A stretch of DNA of 64,000 nucleotides from an uncultured bacterium (GTDB lineage: Bacteria; Zixibacteria; MSB-5A5; UBA10806). The notes under the pieces were generated by a model. It saw only the letters and a program-made list of their open reading frames with translations. It was not told the DNA's origin and did not search any database. Made by a program: the position numbers and the translations under genes. The stretch lies in contig CBEUCH010000002.1 of NCBI GenBank assembly GCA_965541585.1, positions 192,001 to 256,000 of the forward strand, written 5' to 3'. Position 1 is the first letter of the stretch; every line of letters begins with the position of its first letter. This document shows, piece after piece, positions 39,147-48,868 of the stretch.

Positions 39147-39719
39147 TTAAAGCATCCCCGGCTTCCTGTTCCGGGCTGCCCATTCGATTACCTGCTTGAT
39201 CCTTTTTTCTCGCGTCTCATCTTTTTTTGCGGCTGCTATCCATTCAATATACATTCTTCTATAACCGGCTGCGAAATTCTCGAAATTTCCCAGAGCTTTT
39301 TTATTTTTGGCTAATGCTCTTTTGAAAGCCAGAGGGATAACCAGCTTCTTTGATCGCTTGTCCCTCAACTCTTTTTCATTATTCTTCATTTCATTGAACC
39401 GGGCCGATCCTGCCCCGGTCATCTTTCCCGCCCGGATCATCTTCTTAGCCCTTCTTATATTCAGTTCGGACCATCTGCTTTTCTTCCTGCGGGGAGTAAA
39501 TTTCTGAGCATACCTCTCATCATCTATCCTCTGCACGGTACTATCTATCCACCCGAAACACAGAGCCTCCTCGACCGCATCATCGTATGGAATTCTACGC
39601 TTACCCGTGTGTTTCTTATAATAGATCAACCAGATCTCCTTTTTGGCTTCCTGGTTCTTTTTCAGCCATGCGCGCCAATCATCTCGATTTGTTATGTAGA
39701 GCGTTTCGGTTATTCTCAT
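39147..39719 (-). CDS. YdeI/OmpD-associated family protein
   Basis: WRAWL, EALCFGWIDS, FTPRRKKSRWSELN, AKKDETREKRI. Confidence 0.88.
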   Translation of the reverse strand: MRITETLYITNRDDWRAWLKKNQEAKKEIWLIYYKKHTGKRRIPYDDAVEEALCFGWIDSTVQRIDDERYAQKFTPRRKKSRWSELNIRRAKKMIRAGKMTGAGSARFNEMKNNEKELRDKRSKKLVIPLAFKRALAKNKKALGNFENFAAGYRRMYIEWIAAAKKDETREKRIKQVIEWAARNRKPGML

Positions 39720-40009
39720 GCTACAGTCCCCGGTTGCATCTCGAAGGAAATCGTTGATTAACCTCCATGGAAATTAAGATACCGATCCTGGCTTTTCACG
39801 TCAACCCCCCTTCCATTCAATATTGTCGGCGATTGCCATATAGAAAACGCTTGTGAAATTGAAGAACATATTCTTATATTTGAGCAAGCATGAACAGGAG
39901 ATCAGGTAACCGGCTCGCGGATCGTATGCCAATATCCTCCGAGACATTGATCAGGGAAATAGCAATCGATGGTAAGATTTTACATTATTTAAGAAGGTGG
40001 AGGTGTAAG

Positions 40010-40468
40010 ATGAAATCGATCAGAATTATGGCAATCCTGTCAATGATAATTCCGGTCGTCATTATAACAGGCTGCGGAGAGGACAATGACCCCACCGGCC
40101 CGGATACCAGCATTCCAGCCGGGCTTATCGCCACCTGGACATACCAGTCAGCGACTATTGGCGGACAGGAGATTAATCTCGGGATAGCGCTTCAATGGCA
40201 GGAGGGTACTGTCTCCGCCAGATTTATGGTCAGTGACGATGGGACTTTTGTTAACGAGGAACTCGATATTGCAGATACGGTTCAATGGACTGAAAGAGGC
40301 ACGTTTACAGTAAGCGATAATAACGCTACTATAACAATAACCAGCGACAGCGACGGGCCTGTCGATCCGCCCGATATCATGAGCGGGACCTGGGCGTTGA
40401 ATGGGAACCTACTGACTCTAACGACTTCCATGGAAGGACTTGCAGTAGTGATTGTCGCAGTAAAATAG
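40010..40468 (+). CDS. Lipoprotein with lipocalin-like beta-barrel
   Basis: GGAGG RBS; lipobox IITGC; LIATWTY and GTWAL.GN.LTLT. Confidence 0.7.
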   Translation: MKSIRIMAILSMIIPVVIITGCGEDNDPTGPDTSIPAGLIATWTYQSATIGGQEINLGIALQWQEGTVSARFMVSDDGTFVNEELDIADTVQWTERGTFTVSDNNATITITSDSDGPVDPPDIMSGTWALNGNLLTLTTSMEGLAVVIVAVK

Positions 40469-40524
40469 CTTCCGGGCGCTCGTTTAATAGAGGATACAGA
40501 CAACCGCAATTATCATAAATCGAG

Positions 40525-43434
40525 ATGCGCATCGGAATTCTCTCAGAACAGAAAGAAATAGTCATCTCAAGACATCTGCGCCCGTGGTGCGTTTGTTCAT
40601 GGGCTATAATTATCTTAATCGCTCTGGTGCCGACCGTAGTTTTTGCTCAGGGCGGGACCTTGACCGGCGAAGTCACTAACAGTAGTGACGGAGAACCGCT
40701 TTTCGGCGCAAATATTATGATGAGATATCAAGACACGTCATTGAATGTTATGGGAACGACAACCGATGATAATGGCCGTTACGAGATCACAGGTATTCCT
40801 CCGGGAGAATATGCCGTTACGATTTCTTTTATCGGTTTCATCGCCGGTGAATTTACGGGCGTAATAATTTCGGAATCCGGGACGACGACCCTGAACGCCG
40901 AATTGACTCATGGGGCCGTAATTGTCGAGGACGTCCTCGTAACGGCTTCGCGCCGGCCGGAGAAAATCCTGGAAGCGCCGGCATCGGTGAGTGTAATCGG
41001 GGCAGAAGACATTGAAGCACGCGTTGTTCTCACGCCGAGCGAGCATGTCAAGGGGCTGCCGGGAGTCGATGTCGCCACTACCGGATTGAACCAGTCAAAT
41101 GTCGTGGTTCGCGGATTCAACAACGTATTCTCCGGCGCCCTGCTGGTACTCACCGATAACCGTCTGGCCCGGGTGCCGTCTCTGCGATATAACGCATACA
41201 ACTTCATTCCCACAGTAAACGAGGATATCGAGCGAATCGAAATCGTCTCGGGTCCGGGCTCGGCCTTATACGGTCCTAACTCGGCGTCCGGAATAATGCA
41301 TATAATCACGAAATCGCCATTCACCTCCGAGGGAACTACGGTCAGCATCGGCGGCGGTGCGCGCAGTCTATACACCGGATCATTCCTTCATGCCAGAAGC
41401 ATCAAGAACAGGATCGGTTACAAGATCTCAGGGCAGTATTATAGGGGAGAGGACTGGGAATCTTTCGATGCTTACGAACCGGATTCCATTCGTTTGTTCA
41501 GGCCTACGTCGACAGGTCCGGAGTATATTGGGGAATGGAGGCCGAATCGGCGAGATTTTGATGTCGAAAAGATCGCCGGCGAAGCGAGAGTTGATTTTAT
41601 TGTCAATCGAGACTTATCTCTTATTTTGAACGGGGGTTTCAACAGGGCGAGCGGTATTGAATTGACCAGTCTCGGGGCCGCACAGGCGATCGACTGGACC
41701 TATTTTTTCGCCCAGGCTCGCATTAAATATAAAGACCTGTTCGCTCAGGGCTTTGTTAATGCCAGCGATGCCGGCGATACTTACCTGCTTCGGACAGGCC
41801 AGTTGGTAATCGATAAATCGAGGGTCTGGGCGGGACAAATCCAGCATCAATTTAATCCAGGCGACAGGTTATCTCTCACATACGGCCTCGATGCTCTGCT
41901 GACGCGGCCTAATACCGAGTCCACGATCAATGGGCGTAACGAACAGAACGATAGCATAAATGAGTTTGGACTCTATCTGCAATCCGAGACAAGGCTATCA
42001 GAGCGTCTGAAGTTTATCGGCGCGGCAAGAATTGATGATCATAACAGGATTGACGGCGCGATATTCTCACCGCGAGCGGCGATAACCTACCAGCCCGATT
42101 CGGATAATAACCTTCGCCTCACTTATAATCGAGCTTACTCCACGCCCGACAACGTCAATCTTTATCTCGATATTCTGCAGGCCGAAGACCCGTTTGGAGT
42201 CGGCGCCGCATTTGAACCGCTGCTGGGATTCAGCCCCGATATTGATATCCGCGTCCAGGGGGTTCCCGAGACAGGATTCCACTGGCGCATCAACGGGAAT
42301 GGCCCGCAATTCCGCTCGTCCTTTGCTCCACTCGATCCGCGCGGCCTTGATACTGGAGACTTCATAGATTTTAATGACCCTGTTTTCACCAACGTAATGT
42401 GGACGGCCGGCCGCGAGGCTGTTTTTTCCGGTTTCGCCTCCCTCTTGGCTGCCCTGAATTTTCCTCAACAGACAATCGATTCTTTATCGACCTCCCTGCA
42501 GGCGGTAACTCCCACTACGGTGTCGGGGGTAAACAATGCTCTGAAGACGTTTAATATCGATACCAGGTCGTTCGATCCCACCGAGAGGGGAGATATTTCC
42601 GATATCGATCCTCTGGAGCCCTCCTATACCAGGACAATTGAATTTGGCTACAAAGGCGTCTTTGGCGAACGCATGAAGTTCAGTTTCGATGCGTATCGCA
42701 CCGAGAGAGACAATTTCGTGGGCCCGCTGGCTATTGAAACTCCAAATATTTTTCTCGATCAGGAGACCCTCTCAGCTTATCTCGAGCAGAAATTTGATTC
42801 AATCCTGGCCGATCCGGCCAATGCCGACTACGCCTCGACGCTTGCCATTCTCGATGATACGACTTTCTTCGGCAATGGAAATGGCAGTCCGGTTGACGAA
42901 CTTATAAGTATCTTTGGCTATGGAGCAACTCAGATTCCATTCGGTACTGTCAGCCCTCAGGAGGCACTGGATCCCGAAGCCGTGCTGGTTACTTTTCGAA
43001 ATTTCGGAGACGTCGCCTTATACGGCGCCGATCTGGCTTTCGCCTTTGACTTGAGCCAATACCTGAGTTTAGGATGCAGCTATTCATACATTTCAAAAAA
43101 CTTCTTTAAAAAATCGGACGAACAGGTGCACGATATCTACCTTAACGCCCCGAAGCACAAGTTCGGAGTTTATCTTCAGTATGCCAATCCGAGAATCGGG
43201 CTTTTCGCCCATACCCGCTTGAGATTCGTAGATGCTTTCGATATGTACGGCCCGTTTGTCGGAACCAGGGTTGAATCGTACACGGTAGTCGACATGAATC
43301 TGAGGTGGAATCTGCTCTACAAACTGCAATTGGCCGTGACCGTGCAGAATCTTCTGGACAATGAGCATTCTGAATTTGTGGGAGCGCCGGAGATAGGACG
43401 GCTTGCCATGCTGCGCGCTTCGTATTCGTTTTGA
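40525..43434 (+). CDS. TonB-dependent receptor with N-terminal carboxypeptidase-regulatory-like domain
   Basis: GEVT...GEPL.GANI, VTASR..E..LEAPASVSVI, RGFN, IERIEIVSGPGSALYG, NLLD, terminal YSF. Confidence 0.92.
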   Translation: MRIGILSEQKEIVISRHLRPWCVCSWAIIILIALVPTVVFAQGGTLTGEVTNSSDGEPLFGANIMMRYQDTSLNVMGTTTDDNGRYEITGIPPGEYAVTISFIGFIAGEFTGVIISESGTTTLNAELTHGAVIVEDVLVTASRRPEKILEAPASVSVIGAEDIEARVVLTPSEHVKGLPGVDVATTGLNQSNVVVRGFNNVFSGALLVLTDNRLARVPSLRYNAYNFIPTVNEDIERIEIVSGPGSALYGPNSASGIMHIITKSPFTSEGTTVSIGGGARSLYTGSFLHARSIKNRIGYKISGQYYRGEDWESFDAYEPDSIRLFRPTSTGPEYIGEWRPNRRDFDVEKIAGEARVDFIVNRDLSLILNGGFNRASGIELTSLGAAQAIDWTYFFAQARIKYKDLFAQGFVNASDAGDTYLLRTGQLVIDKSRVWAGQIQHQFNPGDRLSLTYGLDALLTRPNTESTINGRNEQNDSINEFGLYLQSETRLSERLKFIGAARIDDHNRIDGAIFSPRAAITYQPDSDNNLRLTYNRAYSTPDNVNLYLDILQAEDPFGVGAAFEPLLGFSPDIDIRVQGVPETGFHWRINGNGPQFRSSFAPLDPRGLDTGDFIDFNDPVFTNVMWTAGREAVFSGFASLLAALNFPQQTIDSLSTSLQAVTPTTVSGVNNALKTFNIDTRSFDPTERGDISDIDPLEPSYTRTIEFGYKGVFGERMKFSFDAYRTERDNFVGPLAIETPNIFLDQETLSAYLEQKFDSILADPANADYASTLAILDDTTFFGNGNGSPVDELISIFGYGATQIPFGTVSPQEALDPEAVLVTFRNFGDVALYGADLAFAFDLSQYLSLGCSYSYISKNFFKKSDEQVHDIYLNAPKHKFGVYLQYANPRIGLFAHTRLRFVDAFDMYGPFVGTRVESYTVVDMNLRWNLLYKLQLAVTVQNLLDNEHSEFVGAPEIGRLAMLRASYSF

Positions 43435-43615
43435 ATCGAGGGAGCATATTCACAACAAGGTTTTCTATTGATCTGTTGTTGAATTATGATTAATATAGAT
43501 TACAATCTTCTCTTGATGACTGGAGGAGAAATTAATACGGCTACCCGCAATAACGGAAAAATCGAGGCGGTGCCCGAGAGTTCCGGCCACCTCTCATAAG
43601 GATTAGGATGTAGAG

Positions 43616-44200
43616 ATGGAAAAGAAAGCGAAATTGAAAGACGGCAGTGAGGTTCTCATCAGAGAGCTGAGAAAGGACGACATAGGCAGATCCCATGCCT
43701 TTTTTCGGGCACTTCCCAAAGAGGATAGGGCCTACCTTCGTGTCGATGTCACAAGGCGGGAAGTTGTTGAACGGAGAATCAAGGCCATGGAATCGGGAGA
43801 GGTCAGTCGGCTGGCAGCTCTTGTCGGGGATGAAATCGTGGCCGACGGATCTCTGGAACGAGAAATTCTGGACTGGAAAAAACATATAGCGGAATTGCGA
43901 CTGATTGTAGCACATTCATTTCAGCGCAAGGGACTTGGCCTCTTGATGGCTCGTGAGCTTTTTGGGCTGGCTGCCAGCCAGAAGGTTGAGGAGATCCTTG
44001 TGAGGATTATGGCGCCACAGGTCGGAGCCCTGAGCATTTTTAAAAGGCTTGGATTCCATCAGGATGCCATCCTGCACGATTACGTGAAGGATATTGACGG
44101 CAAAAAACAGGACCTTATTTTGATGCGGTGTGATCTGGAGTCACTCTGGCAAAAGTTGGGGGATTTTATGGATGATTTCGACTGGCAACGTTCCCGTTGA
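43616..44200 (+). CDS. GNAT family N-acetyltransferase
   Basis: LKDGSEVLIREL, FQRKGLG, FKRLGF. Confidence 0.85.
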   Translation: MEKKAKLKDGSEVLIRELRKDDIGRSHAFFRALPKEDRAYLRVDVTRREVVERRIKAMESGEVSRLAALVGDEIVADGSLEREILDWKKHIAELRLIVAHSFQRKGLGLLMARELFGLAASQKVEEILVRIMAPQVGALSIFKRLGFHQDAILHDYVKDIDGKKQDLILMRCDLESLWQKLGDFMDDFDWQRSR

Positions 44201-44284
44201 TACCTATCATATTGCAACCCAACAAGTTAACGGCGAGAGTATGTTTGTTAGAATAAGATCCTTGCCTGATGATAAAAAAAACTA

Positions 44285-44312
44285 TTGACAAAAAACCATA
44301 TATGGTTATCTT
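44285..44312 (+). promoter_or_regulatory. sigma70-type promoter of the trp-aro operon
   Basis: TTGACA-N16-TATCTT; predicted +1 falls at or near the leader GTG/ATG (44319/44322). Confidence 0.65.
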
Positions 44313-44321
44313 GCATTTGTG

Positions 44322-44411
44322 ATGGCAGAGTTGAGAAATAGCATTCGTTTGTCCCGCTATTATTGGTGGTATGGATATAAATACGATCGGATAGCGGCTT
44401 CTGCCTATTAG
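44322..44411 (+). CDS. trpL: Attenuator leader peptide MAELRNSIRLSRYYWWYGYKYDRIAASAY (Tyr/Trp-rich)
   Basis: 29 codons, TAT TAT TGG TGG TAT GGA TAT AAA TAC at 44358-44384; directly upstream of a terminator and trpE; below the ORF track length cutoff. Confidence 0.88.
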   Translation: MAELRNSIRLSRYYWWYGYKYDRIAASAY

Positions 44412-44437
44412 CTGAGAATCGAAAAATCAATTAAGAG

Positions 44438-44469
44438 CCTGCTGTCCGACGAGGACAGCAGGTTTTTTT
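44438..44469 (+). terminator. Attenuator terminator (3:4 stem)
   Basis: CCTGCTGTCC-GACGA-GGACAGCAGG followed by T7. Confidence 0.9.
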
Positions 44470-44480
44470 GTGGAGAATTT

Positions 44481-45947
44481 ATGGATTTAACAGACATTTT
44501 GAAGAGTAACAGCAGAAAGGCCGTACTGGAGCCGTTGATTGCCGATCTTCCGGCTGATCTTGAAACGCCTGTTTCAGCGTTCTTGAAGCTGAGGCCTGTG
44601 GGGGCGAAGTTTCTGCTGGAGAGTGCGGACGGCATAGAACTAACCGGACGATATACGTTTATCGGCATCAGGCCGAGATTCAAAGTCAACATTTTCCGGG
44701 AAAAATCTGTAATTGTCTCTCCGGGGAGGACGGATGATTTCCTGCATTCGGGTATGGGAGATCCGTTTTCGGCCCTGCGACATATAACAAAGTCCATAAG
44801 CCTGGAATCGAATCCTTCAAGCCTGACTCTCTTAGGAGGGCTCGTCGGTCATATCAATTACGAGATGGTTGGCTTTTTCGAACCGCATCTCGGCCTGCTT
44901 GACGATTGTAACGAAACGCACCTGGCCAGCTTTTATATGGTGGATACTCTTCTTGTATTCGATCATTTCACGAGGCGGATGCAGGTCATCGCGCTGATTC
45001 CGAAGGGAAGTGATTCGGCAAAGGTAGAAGGAGAAAGGACAATCGATGAGATTTTGTCCGCGCTCAGATCGGATATAGAAATTCCACCAACCAAAGCGAC
45101 AGAATCAAACGAGAATTTCAGATCGAATTTCACGCAGGAGCGTTTTGAGAAGATTGTCGAGGATGCCAGAGGACATATACTAAAAGGAAATATATTTCAG
45201 GGCGTCCTTTCCCAGGCTCTGAAGGCCAGAATCGATATAGACAGTTTTCAGATTTACCGCGCCCTTAGAATGTTAAATCCCTCTCCTTATATGTATTACC
45301 TGGATATGGACGGCCTGGCGTTGATAGGGTCCTCGCCCGAAACCATGGTGAAATTAAGCGGAGACGTTGCCACGCTCCGTCCCATAGCGGGTACTCGTCC
45401 CAGAGGAAAGGATGAAACAGAGGATAGGCGGCTCGAGAAAGAGCTTCTATCCGATGACAAGGAGAGGGCCGAACATATCATGCTTGTCGATCTGGGGCGC
45501 AATGATCTTGGCAGAGCGTGCGAGTACGGGTCCGTGGCTGTCGACAAGCTGATGGAGGTCGAGCGTTTTTCGCACGTCATGCATTTAACCTCGACCGTCA
45601 CCGGCCGGCTGAAAAAGGGAAAGGACCAGTTCGATCTGTTCAGGTCGGCTTTTCCTGCAGGCACAGTCACAGGGGCACCGAAGATCAGGGCCATGGAGTT
45701 GATACGCCAGCTTGAAGGACAGCCCCGCGGACCATACGCCGGAAGCGTTGGATATTTTTCATTATCGGGGGATATGGATACGTGTATTACTATCAGGACC
45801 ATCATAATGAGGGGAAACGAGATTATTCTGCAAGCGGGCGCCGGAATCGTTGCGGATTCCAAACCTCAATTCGAATATCAGGAAACATTGAATAAACTCC
45901 AGGCTCTCAAAGCCGCCGTGTCAAACGCAGAAGGGGGATTGACATGA
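44481..45947 (+). CDS. trpE: Anthranilate synthase component I
   Basis: DLETPVSAFLKL, FLLES, NPSPYMY, PIAGTRPRG, EHIMLVDLGRND, PAGTVTGAPK. Confidence 0.95.
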   Translation: MDLTDILKSNSRKAVLEPLIADLPADLETPVSAFLKLRPVGAKFLLESADGIELTGRYTFIGIRPRFKVNIFREKSVIVSPGRTDDFLHSGMGDPFSALRHITKSISLESNPSSLTLLGGLVGHINYEMVGFFEPHLGLLDDCNETHLASFYMVDTLLVFDHFTRRMQVIALIPKGSDSAKVEGERTIDEILSALRSDIEIPPTKATESNENFRSNFTQERFEKIVEDARGHILKGNIFQGVLSQALKARIDIDSFQIYRALRMLNPSPYMYYLDMDGLALIGSSPETMVKLSGDVATLRPIAGTRPRGKDETEDRRLEKELLSDDKERAEHIMLVDLGRNDLGRACEYGSVAVDKLMEVERFSHVMHLTSTVTGRLKKGKDQFDLFRSAFPAGTVTGAPKIRAMELIRQLEGQPRGPYAGSVGYFSLSGDMDTCITIRTIIMRGNEIILQAGAGIVADSKPQFEYQETLNKLQALKAAVSNAEGGLT

Positions 45948-46513
45948 TAGTCTTTGTGGATAACTACGACTCGTTCATTTACAATATCGTTCAATACGTC
46001 GGACCGATCGACCCGGATCTAAAGGTTTTCCGCAATGATGAAATCGATCTCGAGGGTGTAAGAAAGCTCAGACCCCGCAAAATTATAATCTCGCCCGGCC
46101 CGGGTCATCCGGATGACGCAGGCATCTCGTGTGAGATTGTTAGAGCCTTTTTCGATAAGATTCCCATACTGGGCATTTGTCTGGGGCATCAGGCAATAGC
46201 CAGGGCGTTTGGCGGCGAAGTAGGAGAGGCTCCTGAACTTCTTCATGGGAAATCGTCGCAGGTCTTCCATAAAGCTATTGGAATCTTGAATGGCATGCCA
46301 AATCCGTTTACAGCCGGGCGATATCATTCGCTGGCTGTGTTCGAAGAGAAGCTGCCCGACTCGCTCGAGGTAATAGCCTATACATCGAAAGGCGACATCA
46401 TGGGGATAAAGCACCGCCAGTATCCCGTTTATGGATTGCAATTTCACCCTGAGTCGGTCCTTACCGAAGGCGGGGAGAAGATAATAGCAAACTTTCTGAA
46501 TGGTAACATATGA
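45944..46513 (+). CDS. trpG: Anthranilate synthase component II
   Basis: DNYDSF, SPGPG, GICLGHQ, RYHSL, QFHPES. Confidence 0.95.
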   Translation: MIVFVDNYDSFIYNIVQYVGPIDPDLKVFRNDEIDLEGVRKLRPRKIIISPGPGHPDDAGISCEIVRAFFDKIPILGICLGHQAIARAFGGEVGEAPELLHGKSSQVFHKAIGILNGMPNPFTAGRYHSLAVFEEKLPDSLEVIAYTSKGDIMGIKHRQYPVYGLQFHPESVLTEGGEKIIANFLNGNI

Positions 46514-47523
46514 GTAATAAGGAAATTGTATCAAAATTGATCGGCGGATCGGATCTGACCGCTGAGGAGACCGAACAATTTATGGGAGATATTGCCGACG
46601 GCAATCTTGCCCCCGCCCGGAGCGCCGCGTTTCTCACGGCGCTGGCAATCAAGGGAGAAACTCCCGAGGAGATAGCCGGATGCGCAAAGGCATTTCGTGA
46701 CAGGTCGCTTAAGGTACCGCATAATCAGAAGATGGTATTTGATTGTTGCGGCACCGGCGGCGACGGTTCGGGGAGCTTCAATATATCGACTGCCGTGGCA
46801 TTTGTTATGGCGGCCTGCGGTGTTCCGACTGCCAAGCATGGTAATCGCTCCATTTCGTCCCTTTGCGGCTCGGCTGATGTTCTGGAGGAATTGGGAATTA
46901 AGATCGGTCTCAAGCCGAAATCTGCGGCCACCTGTCTCGATGAGATAGGTATCTGTTTTATCTTTGCCCCATTTTACCATCCGGCGATGAAACACGCCGC
47001 GCCTGTCAGAAAGGAGCTTGGTTTTAGAACCGTTTTCAATCTTCTAGGCCCTCTGATGAATCCGGCGGATGCAACGCATCAAATAATAGGTGCGCCGTCT
47101 ATGGATATAGGACGGAAACTGGCTATGACTGCATTTCGCCTGAAGAGCGGTGAGATTCGGCTTTTGTATAACTCGGAGGGAATGGATGAACTGGTGCCGT
47201 TCGGGGAAAACTGGATAATATCGGCCGGTGAGAATGGTGTGGAAGAATGCAGATTAGATATTGCCTTTATCGGCCGCGCAGATAAATCGAGTATAAAAGG
47301 CGGTTCGGCAGGTGAGAACGCCCCCATCATAAAGAAAATATTCGAAGGGGAAAAATCACCCCGGAGAGATGCGGTCGTCCTTAACGCCGCTGTGGGATTG
47401 GTATTAACCGATACAGCATCGGATTACAAAGAGGGCATGAAGGTGGCGGAGGAAACCATTGACTCCGGAATGGCGGCCCTGAAGCTGGAAAAATTGATAG
47501 AACTCTCAAATAGACTCGTGTGA
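46510..47523 (+). CDS. trpD: Anthranilate phosphoribosyltransferase
   Basis: DCCGTGGDG, NIST, KHGNRS, GSADVLE. Confidence 0.95.
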   Translation: MSNKEIVSKLIGGSDLTAEETEQFMGDIADGNLAPARSAAFLTALAIKGETPEEIAGCAKAFRDRSLKVPHNQKMVFDCCGTGGDGSGSFNISTAVAFVMAACGVPTAKHGNRSISSLCGSADVLEELGIKIGLKPKSAATCLDEIGICFIFAPFYHPAMKHAAPVRKELGFRTVFNLLGPLMNPADATHQIIGAPSMDIGRKLAMTAFRLKSGEIRLLYNSEGMDELVPFGENWIISAGENGVEECRLDIAFIGRADKSSIKGGSAGENAPIIKKIFEGEKSPRRDAVVLNAAVGLVLTDTASDYKEGMKVAEETIDSGMAALKLEKLIELSNRLV

Positions 47524-48305
47524 TGTTGGAAAAGATAGTCTCAACAAAAAAGAGGTCGCTTGGCGCCATTGACAGGGGAAGATGGGAGGACCAACTTCGG
47601 TCGATGCTTTCCAATATTCCACCTGTTAATTCTTTTATCGATGCAATTACGGGGAAGGACAAACCGGCCCTGATTGCCGAGTTTAAAAGAAGATCGCCGT
47701 CCGCGGGGACTATCAATGATTCAGTCGACCCGGTCGAACAGGCCATTCTTTATGAGAAGGGTGGAGCATCGGCGGTTTCGGTTCTAACCGAGGAGGATTA
47801 TTTCGGCGGACGCCTCGATGATATCGGGAAGATAAAATCAGCAGTCGGGTTACCAATTCTGCGGAAGGATTTCATATTCGATCCTCTTCAGATATTGGAA
47901 GCCCGAGCGGCCGGAGCAGACGCAGTTTTGCTGATTGTCGGGATTCTGGATTTTGGAATATTAAAGACTCTTCTGGATGAGGCTGCACGCCATAATCTTG
48001 ACTGTCTTTGCGAGGTTCATTCGGAAGCCGAAATAGAGACGGCTCTCTCCTGCGGAGCGCGAATGATAGGCATAAACAACCGAGATTTAAACACTTTTGA
48101 AATCAACCTTGATGTAACAAAACGTCTGCGTCCGGAGATACCGGAAAATATCACGGTAGTTTCTGAGAGCGGTATTCATACGCCGGAGGACGTTGCGTTT
48201 GTCCGGCGCTGTGGTGTGGACGCCATACTTGTAGGCACCGAACTGATGAAGGCGCGCGATGTCTCAGGGAAGATTGCGGAGATAATGGGATGTCGGCCAA
48301 GGTAA
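47520..48305 (+). CDS. trpC: Indole-3-glycerol phosphate synthase
   Basis: IAEFKRRSPSAG, LRKDFI, GINNRDL, SESGI. Confidence 0.95.
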   Translation: MMLEKIVSTKKRSLGAIDRGRWEDQLRSMLSNIPPVNSFIDAITGKDKPALIAEFKRRSPSAGTINDSVDPVEQAILYEKGGASAVSVLTEEDYFGGRLDDIGKIKSAVGLPILRKDFIFDPLQILEARAAGADAVLLIVGILDFGILKTLLDEAARHNLDCLCEVHSEAEIETALSCGARMIGINNRDLNTFEINLDVTKRLRPEIPENITVVSESGIHTPEDVAFVRRCGVDAILVGTELMKARDVSGKIAEIMGCRPR

Positions 48306-48868
48306 AAATTTGCGGCATCACAAATCTCGAGGACGCGCTGCTCTCTCATACGCTCGGCGCGGACATGCTGGGCATGATATTTGCCAGAAGTCCAAGGAGA
48401 ATATCTATTTCTACGGCAGCTGATATCGCTTTACGGCTTTCGGGAAAGGTCGCTCTGGTCGGCGTATTCTCAGATCCTGACGATCCTCAGATTGGTGAAG
48501 TTTGTGAAAGGATCAAGCTGGATATGTTACAGATCTATTTCGGTGAAAACGTCAACGGATTTCCCAGCTATCCGCTTCCCATTTTACCCTCATACTGGGT
48601 CAAAGAGAAAACGGATATTTCAAAGATCGAATTAGCCGGATCACTGCTCGATTTCAAGAGGGCTCCTCGCTTGCTCGGGAAATGCCGATCTGAGAATATC
48701 GATATGAGCGAAGCGATCCTTGCCGGAGGGCTGCACAGTGGAAATGTGGACAGTATTTTAAAAACCCTTAAGCCCTTCGGAGTGGACGTGGCACGGGGGG
48801 TTGAGAGCGAACCGGGGAAAAAAGATAAGGCCAAGCTCGAGCAATTCATCCGGAAGGTGAAATCATGA
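48290..48868 (+). CDS. trpF: Phosphoribosylanthranilate isomerase
   Basis: [26 protein letters not shown]. Confidence 0.9.
   Translation: MSAKVKICGITNLEDALLSHTLGADMLGMIFARSPRRISISTAADIALRLSGKVALVGVFSDPDDPQIGEVCERIKLDMLQIYFGENVNGFPSYPLPILPSYWVKEKTDISKIELAGSLLDFKRAPRLLGKCRSENIDMSEAILAGGLHSGNVDSILKTLKPFGVDVARGVESEPGKKDKAKLEQFIRKVKS

Noticed and set aside
44320..44480. T-box riboswitch or TRAP-binding leader
   Set aside because: Too short for T-box stem I; the TGGTGGTA is explained by Trp-Trp-Tyr codons; no run of spaced (G/U)AG repeats
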